64,000 bases of DNA, taken from assembly GCA_027623675.1 (NCBI GenBank), contig JAQBVF010000016.1, positions 1 through 64,000 on the forward strand, written 5' to 3'. Positions 10,141-20,045 of this stretch are shown one piece after another (positions within the stretch are counted from its first letter, which is position 1; the number at the start of each line of letters is the position of its first letter). The translations under genes and the position numbers were made by a program. The notes beneath the pieces are model-generated. The model had not been told where the DNA came from and did not search any database. It worked only from the letters and a program-made list of their open reading frames with translations. The DNA is from Chloroflexota bacterium. Its GTDB lineage: Bacteria; Chloroflexota; Dehalococcoidia; Lucifugimonadales; UBA3495.

Positions 10141-10964
10141 CCCGCGTAGTGGGCCTCCGCTGGAGAAAGGCCGACCCCGTACGCTATGCCGAGGCGGGTG
10201 ACCTTTCGCTGCCCCTCAACTGCTACGTGGTGCTGCAGTTGGAGAAGTCCCAGGAACTTGCCTGGGTCTGCCGGGAGGCTGCCGAGATGGTGGCCCGCCA
10301 GCCGGAAGAAGACTTGAACATCCGAATAGTGCGTAAAGCGACCTCCGGCGACCTGGGCCGCTTGCAACAGAACCGTGATTCCGAACAGGACACATTCAAA
10401 ATCGCACGCGCCAAGGCCCGGGAATTACAGATCCCAATGAAGATCGTCGACGCCCATTACACATTTGACCGGTCGCGCATGGTGGTGACCTTTGGCGCGG
10501 AGGGACGGGTGGACTTTCGCCCACTGATCCATGCCCTGAGCTCGGCCGTCGGCGCCCGCGTGGAACTGCGGCAGGTGGGAGACAGGGACGTGGCTAAACT
10601 GACCGGCGGCATCGGCCGGTGCGGCAACGAGTTGTGCTGCGTCCGGTGGATAACCAAGTTCGAGTCGATCTCGGTACGGATGGCCAAGGAACAGGCCCTG
10701 CCCATCAGCGCTGAGGGCCTGGCGGGTGCCTGCGGGAGACTGCGCTGTTGTCTGCGGTTCGAGTACGAACAATACCGGCAGGTGAACCGGGCGCTGCCCA
10801 AGATCGGCGAATTGGTGGGCACTCCCAACGGTTCGGCCACGGTCATCGTGGGCCACCGCATCAAAGAAACGGTGTCTGTCCGCTATCAGGACGACCGGGT
10901 GATGGAATTAGCCTTGGCCGACGTCACAAGGAACCAGGATTCCGGCGATCAGTCCGCACCGTGA
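10137..10964 (+). CDS. ricT: PSP1 / RicT (YaaT) family Fe-S protein
   Basis: RVDFR, GGIGRCGNELCC, MAKEQ, GACGRLRCCLRFE; follows holB as in Bacillota. Confidence 0.85.
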   Translation: MTRVVGLRWRKADPVRYAEAGDLSLPLNCYVVLQLEKSQELAWVCREAAEMVARQPEEDLNIRIVRKATSGDLGRLQQNRDSEQDTFKIARAKARELQIPMKIVDAHYTFDRSRMVVTFGAEGRVDFRPLIHALSSAVGARVELRQVGDRDVAKLTGGIGRCGNELCCVRWITKFESISVRMAKEQALPISAEGLAGACGRLRCCLRFEYEQYRQVNRALPKIGELVGTPNGSATVIVGHRIKETVSVRYQDDRVMELALADVTRNQDSGDQSAP

Positions 10965-11007
10965 TCTGCCAGCCGATCAATCTTGTCCGGAGCCCGGAAT
11001 AGTTCGT

Positions 11008-11604
11008 CTATTCCCTGATGGTCCAGGGGATATAGAGCTTCCACTCGTCCAGAATCTCCCGATTCTGCAGAATCATATAGGGATTGGGGTCTGGCGCCCG
11101 GGGCAGGCGGTCCAGGTGCATCCTCGCCTCGGCCGGTGTGCGTCCCGCCTTGTGGAGGTTGCAACGGCTGCAGGCCGCTACCACGTTCTCCCACGTGTGA
11201 GCGCCGTTCTGCCGGCGGGGAACCACGTGGTCTAGAGTCAGGTCCGGGGCTTTCTTGCCGCAGTATTGGCAGGTGAACCGGTCGCGGAGAAAGACCTCTT
11301 TCTTGGAGAGCTTCCGAGGCAGAAAGGGCCGCTTCACCATGTAGGACAGCCGGATGATTGACGGGGCTTCGATTACGTTATTCACCGTGTGTAGCTCGCC
11401 GGCGTGAATCTCCAGGGTCTCGGCTTTCTCTTTGGTCACCAGGACGATGGCCCGGCGCACCGTGCAGACGTTCACCGGAACGTAATTAAGGTTCAGCACC
11501 AGTACCGGCGCACGAACCAGCACACCAACGTCCACCGCCTCCGCAAACCCGTTTCCGGAAGCGCCGTTGGCCGCCAGATGTGCTGTCTCTGCTTGTTTAA
11601 CCAT
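11008..11604 (-). CDS. HNH endonuclease (McrA-like, stand-alone)
   Basis: VLVLNLNY, RDRFTCQYCG, TLDHVVPR, WENVVAACSRCN; start uncertain. Confidence 0.88.
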   Translation of the reverse strand: MVKQAETAHLAANGASGNGFAEAVDVGVLVRAPVLVLNLNYVPVNVCTVRRAIVLVTKEKAETLEIHAGELHTVNNVIEAPSIIRLSYMVKRPFLPRKLSKKEVFLRDRFTCQYCGKKAPDLTLDHVVPRRQNGAHTWENVVAACSRCNLHKAGRTPAEARMHLDRLPRAPDPNPYMILQNREILDEWKLYIPWTIRE

Positions 11605-11776
11605 GCCGGCCGGCTCTGGTCCTCCCACACCGAATCAAGAGACACTAGGGGGAAGTTGCCACCACACATGCGCAAAAAACTGGACGAAGGCCGTTTCAAC
11701 TAACTAAAGGGAGACCAGGGAAGAAACGCCCGCGTCAGGAACCCGACGAGAGCTATGGTAGCACATAGCCCCCGGC

Positions 11777-12295
11777 TTAGTTATTGGGATTCAGTCTGCC
11801 AAGTTCGTTGTCCCAATCTCCTGGGATGAGCTTGATGCCGCGTATCACAACATCAAAGTTGTCGGCCAAGAACGCGCCCAAAGCAGACTCGTCGATGGTC
11901 TGGTCCATCTCCCCAAACGGGAACCGCTGGACTCCGGTCAACAATCCGGACAGCAGCAAGAAGCCCACCAACAACCCAGCGGCCGTGCCCGCCAGACTGT
12001 TCACCAGGCCGAACAGGGGAATGATTCCCAGAGTGGCCCGGATCAGGTGGCTGACGATCGCGCCGATGATAAACATTCCGCCAAAAATCAGGACAAAGCC
12101 GGCGATGGTCTGTATGTTTGGGTCATCGGTTAACCCGGAGAACAGATTGCCCGCCGAATCGCCGACGCGGCTGGAGAGCGCCAGACCCGCGGCCAGCGCA
12201 ACCAAGGGGACGACCATCCGTATCAAGCCAGTGGAATATCCCCAAAAGGCGGTGAGCCCCCAAACGGCCAATATGGCAATGTCGACCCAGTTCAT
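11777..12295 (-). CDS. CvpA family membrane protein
   Basis: MNWVDIAIL..GYSTGLIR N-terminus, about 4 TM helices. Confidence 0.8.
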   Translation of the reverse strand: MNWVDIAILAVWGLTAFWGYSTGLIRMVVPLVALAAGLALSSRVGDSAGNLFSGLTDDPNIQTIAGFVLIFGGMFIIGAIVSHLIRATLGIIPLFGLVNSLAGTAAGLLVGFLLLSGLLTGVQRFPFGEMDQTIDESALGAFLADNFDVVIRGIKLIPGDWDNELGRLNPNN

Positions 12296-12376
12296 AAAAC
12301 CCCTATTCCAGTCACAGAATACCGGTTAGCCGCCGATATTCAAGTGTAGCATGAGGGTCTTCAACGCCGTTGGGGT

Positions 12377-13054
12377 TTACCTGCCGGATGCCGCCGTCTT
12401 TCGGGCTACACCGTTGTGGAGTGCCACCAGCCCGACTAGCACCATCACACCGAACGCGTAGGAGCCGATCACATCGCTGGGCCAATGGACGCCCATGTAG
12501 ACCCTGGCCGCGCCCATGGCTAGCACAAACAAGACGATCGCAGCCTGTATCACACGGCGCAGCGCCAGCGGTTTCACCCACTGTCCAACCAGATAGACCA
12601 TCATCCCTCCCGCGATGACCGCCAAAAGGGCGTGGCCGCTGGGAAAACTGAAGCTGCTGGGCGCGGGACCAAGTATCTGGAGATCGGGCCGTGGCCGGCC
12701 GACCACCTCCTTCAGTCCATTGCCTACCCCAATAGCGAACAGCCCGGCGAAGACCATGGCCAGGTCGGCGTAGCGGCGGGTCAGAAGCAGCGCGGCGCCC
12801 AGGGCCGCGGCCGCCGGGAGAACCACCCATACCGTCCCAATGTTGGCCAGGCCCACTGCCGTGTCGTCCAGCCAGCCGGTCCGAAGAGCCTGGAATTTCA
12901 ACAATGCGTTCTCATCGCCAGGGAAGTTGGAATACATCGAGGCCAGTACGAAAAACGCCACCGTGCCCAGAACCCCGGCGGCGACTAGTCCGGACTTCAA
13001 AGAGACGCCGGGAATGGAACGGTTGGGGGGACGACCCAAAATATTATTCGCCAT
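12377..13054 (-). CDS. PAP2 family membrane phosphatase
   Basis: KEVVGRPRP, SFPSGH, ARVYMGVHWPSDV. Confidence 0.92.
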   Translation of the reverse strand: MANNILGRPPNRSIPGVSLKSGLVAAGVLGTVAFFVLASMYSNFPGDENALLKFQALRTGWLDDTAVGLANIGTVWVVLPAAAALGAALLLTRRYADLAMVFAGLFAIGVGNGLKEVVGRPRPDLQILGPAPSSFSFPSGHALLAVIAGGMMVYLVGQWVKPLALRRVIQAAIVLFVLAMGAARVYMGVHWPSDVIGSYAFGVMVLVGLVALHNGVARKTAASGR

Positions 13055-13286
13055 CGCTGCATATTACGCCAATGACCGACAATTCAGATTCCAATCTAAC
13101 CCCGCGCGCCCCGGAACCACAAGGCATATCTGGGCTATGAAGCACGAGAAGACCGAGCCTGCGGTGTATAATGCCGATGCTGGCAACTAGACCTGACGTT
13201 TAACGAAACGGCGTCAAGCCACCGCCGAAATTCCAACGAAAATCCAGTGAAGTCCCGGCAAGATACCATCGTTCGAGAGGGGAGAT

Positions 13287-13955
13287 TTGGCCTGCGGAAT
13301 AAGCATCATCGCCATCGACGGACCAGTGGCTGCCGGTAAGACCGCCGTGGGCCGGGAACTGGCCAAGAATCTGGGTTTCGCCTGTTTGGACACCGGCGTC
13401 ATGTACCGCGCCATCACCTGGTTGGCCCTGCATTCGGGAGTGCCCGTCGACTGCGAAACCTCCCTGGGCGAACTGGCCCGGAATAACTCTGTAAAGCTGG
13501 AAGACGACGTTGGCAGCCGGGTATCGGTGGCGGGCCACTCGCTGGGCCTTGAACTGAGGGAGCCTTCCGTCGACGCCAACGTCTCCGTGGTTTCCAGCGC
13601 CTCTCCGGTGCGCCGAGAGATGGTGACCCAACAACGTCAGATCGCGGCCCAAGGCAAGATCGTCATGATCGGACGCGATATCGGGACGGTGGTGCTGCCC
13701 GACGCCGATCTCAAGATATATCTCACCGCCTCCCCCGAGAATCGCGCCCAGAGACGCTGGAAGGAGATGCTGAACCGGGGTCACACCGTGGAATTGACCA
13801 CGGTCCTGCGGGAAACCCTGGCCCGGGATGAGACCGACAGCAACCGGGCCGATTCCCCCCTCAAGCCAGCCCATGACGCCTGGGAACTGGACACCGACGG
13901 ACTGACCGTCGACCAAGTGGTGCAAACGATTGTCGCCCAGGCCAAGTGCAGTTGA
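13287..13955 (+). CDS. cmk: Cytidylate kinase
   Basis: IAIDGPVAAGK, LDTGVMYRA, GRDIGTVV. Confidence 0.93.
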   Translation: MACGISIIAIDGPVAAGKTAVGRELAKNLGFACLDTGVMYRAITWLALHSGVPVDCETSLGELARNNSVKLEDDVGSRVSVAGHSLGLELREPSVDANVSVVSSASPVRREMVTQQRQIAAQGKIVMIGRDIGTVVLPDADLKIYLTASPENRAQRRWKEMLNRGHTVELTTVLRETLARDETDSNRADSPLKPAHDAWELDTDGLTVDQVVQTIVAQAKCS

Positions 13956-14647
13956 ACGGTTTCCGCGACGCCACGGTCCTCTACCGGCTGGGAAATTGGC
14001 TGGCCAGGTTCTGCTTCCGGACTTTCGGCCGCCTGGAGATTGACGGCGCCGAATGCGTTCCCCGGTTCGGCCCCCTGATCGTCGTCTGCAACCATCTGTC
14101 ACTCAATGACCCTCCGTTGTTGGTGGCAGCCATCCCCAGGCCGCTGTTCTTCGTCGGCAAACAGGAGTTGTTCAGCAACCCCATCTTCCGCTTTCTAATG
14201 CGGGGTTTTCACCTTTCACCCTTCGACCGCTCAACCGCCGGGATTGACGCCGTGCGGGTACTGATGCAAAATCTTGAGCGCGACAGGGCGATTGTGATCT
14301 TCCCTGAGGGTCACCGCAGCCCCGACCAAACCCTGCAGCAGGGGATGTTGGGCGCCGTCTACCTGGCATTGAAATCCCAGGCTCCCATATTGCCGGTGGC
14401 GGTCACTGGGACCCAGAAATTCCCCCTGTGGCGGATCCCATTTCCGTTCAGTAGGATGAAAGCCAGCATCGGAACTCCGTTCTCCCTGCCGGTGATCGAA
14501 GGGCAACCGAGCAGAGCGGTTATGAATAGCCTGTTGGACATGGTGATGGGCCGGATCGCCGGCCAATTGCCGCCGGAGCTTCGCGGGGCGTATGGCCCGA
14601 AATCCCAAGAAGAATCACGGGAAGAACCGGCAGAGCAGCCGATCTAG
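13946..14647 (+). CDS. plsC: 1-acyl-sn-glycerol-3-phosphate acyltransferase
   Basis: NHLSLND and IFPEGHRS motifs. Confidence 0.88.
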   Translation: MQLNGFRDATVLYRLGNWLARFCFRTFGRLEIDGAECVPRFGPLIVVCNHLSLNDPPLLVAAIPRPLFFVGKQELFSNPIFRFLMRGFHLSPFDRSTAGIDAVRVLMQNLERDRAIVIFPEGHRSPDQTLQQGMLGAVYLALKSQAPILPVAVTGTQKFPLWRIPFPFSRMKASIGTPFSLPVIEGQPSRAVMNSLLDMVMGRIAGQLPPELRGAYGPKSQEESREEPAEQPI

Positions 14648-14716
14648 TAAACTCGAATCGCATCAGGTTCTGATTAAATTAAACCAGACCTCTTAAACCA
14701 GGCCTCGGAGATATCC

Positions 14717-14935
14717 ATGCAGCAAGCATCCAGATTCGGAATCTACCTGAACGCCAAAGAAAACCAGGTGGTGCGCATCAATTCGCCCTATTGGCTCCCG
14801 GAGGAGCCGGACTGGGTTTTCCTTACGCCCGAGGTCAACTCCACCTTGCTGAGCATCCGCCAGCTGGCTCAGGAGAAGAAACTGTCAGCGGACTCCGGCG
14901 CCATCACCTGGGGGACCATTCCCCTCAAGGACTGA
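14717..14935 (+). CDS. Small hypothetical protein (72 aa)
   Basis: GGAG SD upstream, host-like codon usage, co-oriented between plsC and dgt. Confidence 0.7.
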   Translation: MQQASRFGIYLNAKENQVVRINSPYWLPEEPDWVFLTPEVNSTLLSIRQLAQEKKLSADSGAITWGTIPLKD

Positions 14936-14984
14936 TGGCGGACTGATGAAGGACTGACTGGGAATCGCCTTACTGGATGTCTAG

Positions 14985-16127
14985 ATGATGAAGAACGGCG
15001 GGGTGGAGAAGTTACGGGTGCGCCAGCGGCTTGAGGCGTTGGAGGAGAACCTGTCTCCTCACGCCAGCCGTTCCACCAAGTCCCTGGGCCGTGAGCAGGC
15101 CGAGCCGCCGTCGCCGCTCCGCACCGAGTTCCAGCGCGACCGGGACCGCATCCTCCATACCAACGCCTTCCGCCGGCTGAAGCACAAAACGCAGGTATTC
15201 CTGGCCCCCTCCGGCGACCACTACGTCACCCGCCTGACCCACACCCTGGAAGTCGCCCAGGTGGGCCGCACCATCGCCAGAGCGCTGAACCTGAACGAAG
15301 ACCTGGTTGAGGCTATGTCCTACGGCCACGACCTTGGCCACACCCCCTTCGGGCACCTGGGCGAAGAGACCCTGGACCAGGTGTATACCGAGGGCTTCAC
15401 CCACAGCGCCCAGAGCTTGCGCATCGTTGAGTGTCTGGAGAAAGAGGGCGAGGGGCTGAACCTGACCTGGGAGGTACGCCAGGGGATAATCTCCCACTCC
15501 AAGCCACAGGGCGATTTTCTGAACATCAAGCTGGACGAGGGCCTGACGCTGGAAGCCCAGATACTGCGCCTGGCAGACTCGGTGGCCTACCTGAACCATG
15601 ACATCGCCGATGCCATCCGGGCCGGCATGCTGAAGGTGGAGGACCTGCCGCGGCGGGCCAACCACGTGCTGGGCACCACCCACGCCGAGCGGGCCAACTC
15701 GCTGATCACCGGCATCGTGCAAGAGTCATGGCCCGTCTCGGGACTTGCAGATGGACAAGCTGGTGAGCCGCCAACCATCGGCATCGACCCGGAGACCCGC
15801 CAAGCCATGCCTATAATCGCAATGGACCCGGAGACCCGTGAAGCCATGATGGAGCTACGGGACTACATGTTCCAGAACATCTACCTGCCTCTGGGCAACA
15901 CCAGGCAGTCGGAAGTGGGCCGCGACGTGGTGAAACTGTTGTACCACCACTTCGCCGAGAACGCCGAGGAGATTCCCCCGCCCTACTTCGGCCCCGGCGC
16001 CGACCCACAGCGCGCCTCCGTGGACTACGTCTCAGGCATGACCGACCACTACGCAATCCGCCAGGCCGAAAGACTCCAGTCAGGCATCACCCAAGGCGCC
16101 TTCCACAACGTTCCCCTAGAGGATTAA
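14985..16127 (+). CDS. dgt: dGTP triphosphohydrolase (HD domain)
   Basis: FQRDRDRI, KTQVF, RLTHTLEV, HDLGHTPFGH, DYVSGMTD. Confidence 0.92.
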   Translation: MMKNGGVEKLRVRQRLEALEENLSPHASRSTKSLGREQAEPPSPLRTEFQRDRDRILHTNAFRRLKHKTQVFLAPSGDHYVTRLTHTLEVAQVGRTIARALNLNEDLVEAMSYGHDLGHTPFGHLGEETLDQVYTEGFTHSAQSLRIVECLEKEGEGLNLTWEVRQGIISHSKPQGDFLNIKLDEGLTLEAQILRLADSVAYLNHDIADAIRAGMLKVEDLPRRANHVLGTTHAERANSLITGIVQESWPVSGLADGQAGEPPTIGIDPETRQAMPIIAMDPETREAMMELRDYMFQNIYLPLGNTRQSEVGRDVVKLLYHHFAENAEEIPPPYFGPGADPQRASVDYVSGMTDHYAIRQAERLQSGITQGAFHNVPLED

Positions 16128-16187
16128 GCTCTAACACCCGATCGTTCCCCTGATCGCCGGCATGGCCACGCTTTTTTCTAAGAGAAA

Positions 16188-16263
16188 GTCATTCCGACGA
16201 GTGAAGCGAGGAAGAATCTGCAACGATCAACTTGGCAGACTCTTCGCTACGCTCAGGGTGACA
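16188..16263. repeat. REP-like palindromic element (GTCATTC..GAAGAATCT / AGA.TCTTCGCT..GCTCAG..TGAC type)
   Basis: Imperfect inverted arms; related copy at 39862-40002. Confidence 0.7.
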
Positions 16264-16317
16264 ATTGAGGGACCTATTTCATACCTCGGACCATGCTGGA
16301 CAATTACTTTTCAGGTA

Positions 16318-17469
16318 TTAGCCCTTGAACGCGGGCATGACCTCTTCTGAGATGATGCTCAGTTGATTTTTGAAGACTTCCAAGGGCATGCCCATGACCG
16401 CGCCGATGTTGACGCGCTCCACGCCGGGGTATTTCTCCTCGATGCCTTTGAAGTGGGCGACCACATCCTCAGATGTGCCGCAGAGCCAGGACCCGGCCGC
16501 CACCGCTTCGTCCAGCGTGGGCAGGGCGACTCCCGCGGTCCGGCCCTTGTTGACCACCGAGGCATTCTGCTCCGGGGTTAGGGGCATGACACCAAGGGGG
16601 CCGGCGAACTTCATGGCCTCCTCAAAGTAGGGCCGCGCCTGCTTGATGGCCTTCTCTTTTGAGTCGGCGATAAAGACGCGAAAGCCCAGGGCCACGTCTT
16701 CCCCCAGTCCGGTCTCCCGGCCGTATCTGGCGCGGGCCGACTGGAGCATCTGCAACTTCTCTTCCAGAGCTGCGGGCGGATTGTTGGCGATCAGGGGCTT
16801 GATGCCCATCTTGGCCAGGAAGTCAATGCCCCTGGGGTTGGCGCTGACCAGCGGCTGCCAGATGTCCACCGGCTGGGTGATCGGGCGGGGCACCAGGGTC
16901 AATTCCTTGAGCTGGTAGCCGCGGTAGGGCACCTCAGGCGGCAGTTGGTAGTGCTTGCCGTAGTGGGAGAATTTCTCCTGGGTGAAAGCCTTGGTGATCA
17001 CCTCCAACTGTTCCTCGAACAGCTCCCGGTTGGCCTCGGAATCCAGCATGGGCGCGCCGAAAGTCTCCACCTCCCTGGTGTGGTAGCCCCGGCCAACGCC
17101 AAAGATGATCCGGCCCTTGCTAAGGACATCGGCCATGGCAAAGTCCTCGGCCAGGCGGAGCGGGTGCCACATGGGCACGATGTTAAAGCCGCAGCCGAAC
17201 CTGAGCTTCTCCGTCTGGGTGGACAGATACAACCCCAGCATCAGCAGATTGGGGATGGCCTCATAACCCTCGGGCTGGAAGTGGTGTTCCGCCATCCAGA
17301 ACTCCTGGAACCCCAGTTTCTCCAGGTGTTTGGAGATGTCCAGTGCCCAGTCGAAGGTCTCAACCAATTGTTCGTTGCTATACCAACGGTCATTGGCCGG
17401 CGTGCCTTCCAGCCCGATGTTTTCGTCGACCAGATGGCCGGCGTAGGATGCAGAGAAGTTCTTAATCAT
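16318..17469 (-). CDS. Luciferase-like (LLM) flavin-dependent oxidoreductase
   Basis: WMAEHHFQ, HPLRLAED, GRIIFGVGRGY. Confidence 0.9.
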   Translation of the reverse strand: MIKNFSASYAGHLVDENIGLEGTPANDRWYSNEQLVETFDWALDISKHLEKLGFQEFWMAEHHFQPEGYEAIPNLLMLGLYLSTQTEKLRFGCGFNIVPMWHPLRLAEDFAMADVLSKGRIIFGVGRGYHTREVETFGAPMLDSEANRELFEEQLEVITKAFTQEKFSHYGKHYQLPPEVPYRGYQLKELTLVPRPITQPVDIWQPLVSANPRGIDFLAKMGIKPLIANNPPAALEEKLQMLQSARARYGRETGLGEDVALGFRVFIADSKEKAIKQARPYFEEAMKFAGPLGVMPLTPEQNASVVNKGRTAGVALPTLDEAVAAGSWLCGTSEDVVAHFKGIEEKYPGVERVNIGAVMGMPLEVFKNQLSIISEEVMPAFKG

Positions 17470-17564
17470 CTTTTTAACCTCGGTTTATCACTCGGTTTAT
17501 CAATGGATGAGGCCCCGTTTCTGGGGCCTCAATAGGTTTCTGAAGGGTGCTTAGTGGCCTGACC

Positions 17565-18485
17565 TTACTCTCTTTGGACCTGGCTGGGCGCTGGGTTGAC
17601 CAGTTCGATGCCGATGGTCACTGGGAAGACGCGCACCAGCTCCTCCACGGTCCATTTGCCGTCCTTTTGGATGGTCCTCACCGGCTCGGGTTCATTGAGC
17701 AGGGTGACCAGGCCCTCGGTGACATGGAAGACGTGACCGTTCACGTGGGCCGCTTCATCGGAGGCCAGCCAGGCGACCATGGGGGCGATGTCGTCGGCCT
17801 GGCCCCTAAGGGTCAGGGCCGCGCCGGTGCTGATGCCACGAGCGGCGCGCAGCGCCCTGGCGTCGTCGGGGATGCTGCCGATCATCCGGGTGGCGGCGCT
17901 GGGCGAGATGGCATTGGCGGTGACGCCGTAGCGGCCCAGGTCACGGGCAACCACGCGGGTGAACCCGGCGATGCCGTCTTTGGCCGCGCCGTAGTTGGCC
18001 TGGCCCGAGTTGCCGTACAGCCCGGTGGTGGAGCTAAATGTGATGATCCGTCCGGAGCGCTGTTGGCGGAAGATCACGCTGGCGTTCTTCACGATGGAGA
18101 AGGTGCCCTTAAGGTGGACGGCGATAACGTCGTCCCATTCCTGCTCGCTCATGTTGAAGATCATGCGGTCTCGCAGGATACCGGCCACCGTGACCACGAT
18201 GTCCAACTTGCCGTAGTTATCCAGTGCGGTCTGAATTATCTTCTCGCCGCCGGACATGGTTGCCACCGACTCCAGGGAGGCTACGGCCTCGCCGCCTTCG
18301 GCCTTGATCTCGTCCACGACCGTCTGGGCGAAGGACGAGTCCTCGCCGGTGCCGTCAACGTTCACGCCTGGGTCGACCACCACGACCTTGGCCCCTTGCG
18401 AGGCCAACAGCTTGGCGACGCCCCGGCCGATGCCACGGCCCGAGCCGGTTACTATCGCCACTTTGTCTTTCAGAAGCTCAGCCAT
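17565..18485 (-). CDS. SDR oxidoreductase (3-hydroxyacyl-CoA dehydrogenase, MFE-2-like)
   Basis: TGSGRGIG, AGILRDRMIFNM, QANYGAAK. Confidence 0.9.
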   Translation of the reverse strand: MAELLKDKVAIVTGSGRGIGRGVAKLLASQGAKVVVVDPGVNVDGTGEDSSFAQTVVDEIKAEGGEAVASLESVATMSGGEKIIQTALDNYGKLDIVVTVAGILRDRMIFNMSEQEWDDVIAVHLKGTFSIVKNASVIFRQQRSGRIITFSSTTGLYGNSGQANYGAAKDGIAGFTRVVARDLGRYGVTANAISPSAATRMIGSIPDDARALRAARGISTGAALTLRGQADDIAPMVAWLASDEAAHVNGHVFHVTEGLVTLLNEPEPVRTIQKDGKWTVEELVRVFPVTIGIELVNPAPSQVQRE

Positions 18486-18565
18486 CAGAGACTCTCCCTA
18501 TGGGTGTTAAATGCGAGTGCTGGTCCGTTCAATCAACTGTTGCGTATCGGTTGCGCCGGGAAGCG

Positions 18566-18997
18566 TTAGACCCGCTCCCACAGCAGTGTCACGACCAGGT
18601 CGGCTTTGGCCCCTTTTATGGGTTGGGTGTTCAGCCGCAACCGGCCGCCTTCAAATTCGTAATCCCTGGTCTGGATATCCCCGGTCCAATTCGGGAACAG
18701 GCCGTTGGCCACGTGATGGGTCATCTGGGATTCCGCCTCGTTGGCCTCGTAGGTGCCGTAGTAGGCGATATATCCCTCGAACGCCTTCCTGACTTCCTCG
18801 TCGCTGCCCTTCAGCAGGTTGGCGGACTGGAAGGCCGGGCGTCCGCTGCCGGCGATCTGGCCCGAGAAGTTGCCGTGGCCGTCGTACATCAGTTGTCCTT
18901 CCGGCTGCTCGCCGTAGGGGTGGGTGATGCGGCCGTCGGTCCACCTGCCATAGCACTCCAGCAGCCGCCAGGTGCCGGCAAATCTATCTTGCGCCAA
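18566..18997 (-). CDS. Lipocalin-like domain protein (Lipocalin_5 type), TTG start
   Basis: FAGTWRL, PYGEQPEGQLMY, YIAYYGTY, FPNWTG. Confidence 0.8.
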   Translation of the reverse strand: MAQDRFAGTWRLLECYGRWTDGRITHPYGEQPEGQLMYDGHGNFSGQIAGSGRPAFQSANLLKGSDEEVRKAFEGYIAYYGTYEANEAESQMTHHVANGLFPNWTGDIQTRDYEFEGGRLRLNTQPIKGAKADLVVTLLWERV

Positions 18998-18999
18998 GC

Positions 19000-19926
19000 C
19001 TACCCTTGCACTCTGGCCGGGGCGGGGTTGTAAATATCCTTGGTCAGTATGTCGCGTGCCATGACCGACAGCTTATCCATGTCCCAGGTGCCGCTGGGTT
19101 CGTAGATGGCCTTCATCGGCCGGGGCTGGGACACCAGCGAGATGGTGTCGCCGTAGACCAAAAAGGTCTGGCCGTTGATGTTTTCGGCGAAGTCGGTAGC
19201 CAGGTAAGCCACGAACGGAGCGATATGGTCCGGGTCCAGGCTGGCCAAGTCTTCCTCACCGGCGATGGGGGCCACGCCGCTGCGGGCCCGGATCTCGGAG
19301 GCGCTGCCGGGGATGTCGGCGATCATGCGGGTGCTGGCCCGGGGGGCGATGGAGTTAACGGTCACACCGTAGCGGCCCATGTCTTTGGCCACCACCTTGG
19401 TGAAGCCGGCGATGCCCGACTTAGCGGCGCCGTAGTTGGCCTGACCCGAGTTGCCCATGAGGCCCGATTCGGATGTGAAGGTGATGATTCGGCCGGAGCG
19501 TTGCTGGCGCATCAGGATGCAAGCGTTCTTCACCACGGTGAATGTGCCCTTGAGGTGAACGGCGATGACGTCGTCCCATTCTTCCTCGGACATATTAAAG
19601 ATCATGCGGTCGCGCAGGATGCCGGCGCAGGTGACCACGATGTCCAGTTTGCCGAAGTTGTCCACGGCGGACTGGACGATCTTTTCGCCGCCCTCCATGG
19701 ACGTGACCGACTCCATGCAGGCGACCGCATTGCCGCCGGCAGCCTTGATCTCGGCCACCACCAGCTCGGCGATGGAGGTGTCGGCGCCGCTGCCGTCCAC
19801 GTTCACGCCGGGGTCAACCACGACAATGCTGGCCCCTTCCTCGGCCATCTTCATAGCGACGCCGCGCCCGATGCCCCGGCCTGCGCCGGTGACGATCGCC
19901 ACTTTGCCGTTCAACATTTCCGCCAT
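19000..19926 (-). CDS. SDR oxidoreductase, paralog of 17565-18485
   Basis: TGAGRGIG, AGILRDRMIFNM, QANYGAAK. Confidence 0.9.
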   Translation of the reverse strand: MAEMLNGKVAIVTGAGRGIGRGVAMKMAEEGASIVVVDPGVNVDGSGADTSIAELVVAEIKAAGGNAVACMESVTSMEGGEKIVQSAVDNFGKLDIVVTCAGILRDRMIFNMSEEEWDDVIAVHLKGTFTVVKNACILMRQQRSGRIITFTSESGLMGNSGQANYGAAKSGIAGFTKVVAKDMGRYGVTVNSIAPRASTRMIADIPGSASEIRARSGVAPIAGEEDLASLDPDHIAPFVAYLATDFAENINGQTFLVYGDTISLVSQPRPMKAIYEPSGTWDMDKLSVMARDILTKDIYNPAPARVQG

Positions 19927-20045
19927 TTTCGCCTCCCTGGGCCCTGGGTTTGGATCGAATCGTTCAGCGGCCCGCGCCGCTTTCTTTTACTGTTTCTGGG
20001 TAAAATTTCTGGGTCGAGTCTCGGGGTACCGTCTGAGGGAAAGAG

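Noticed and set aside
11008..11604. HNH gene as part of a defence or mobile element
   Set aside because: It resembles the common stand-alone HNH family, has host-like GC, and has no methylase, repeats or integrase nearby.
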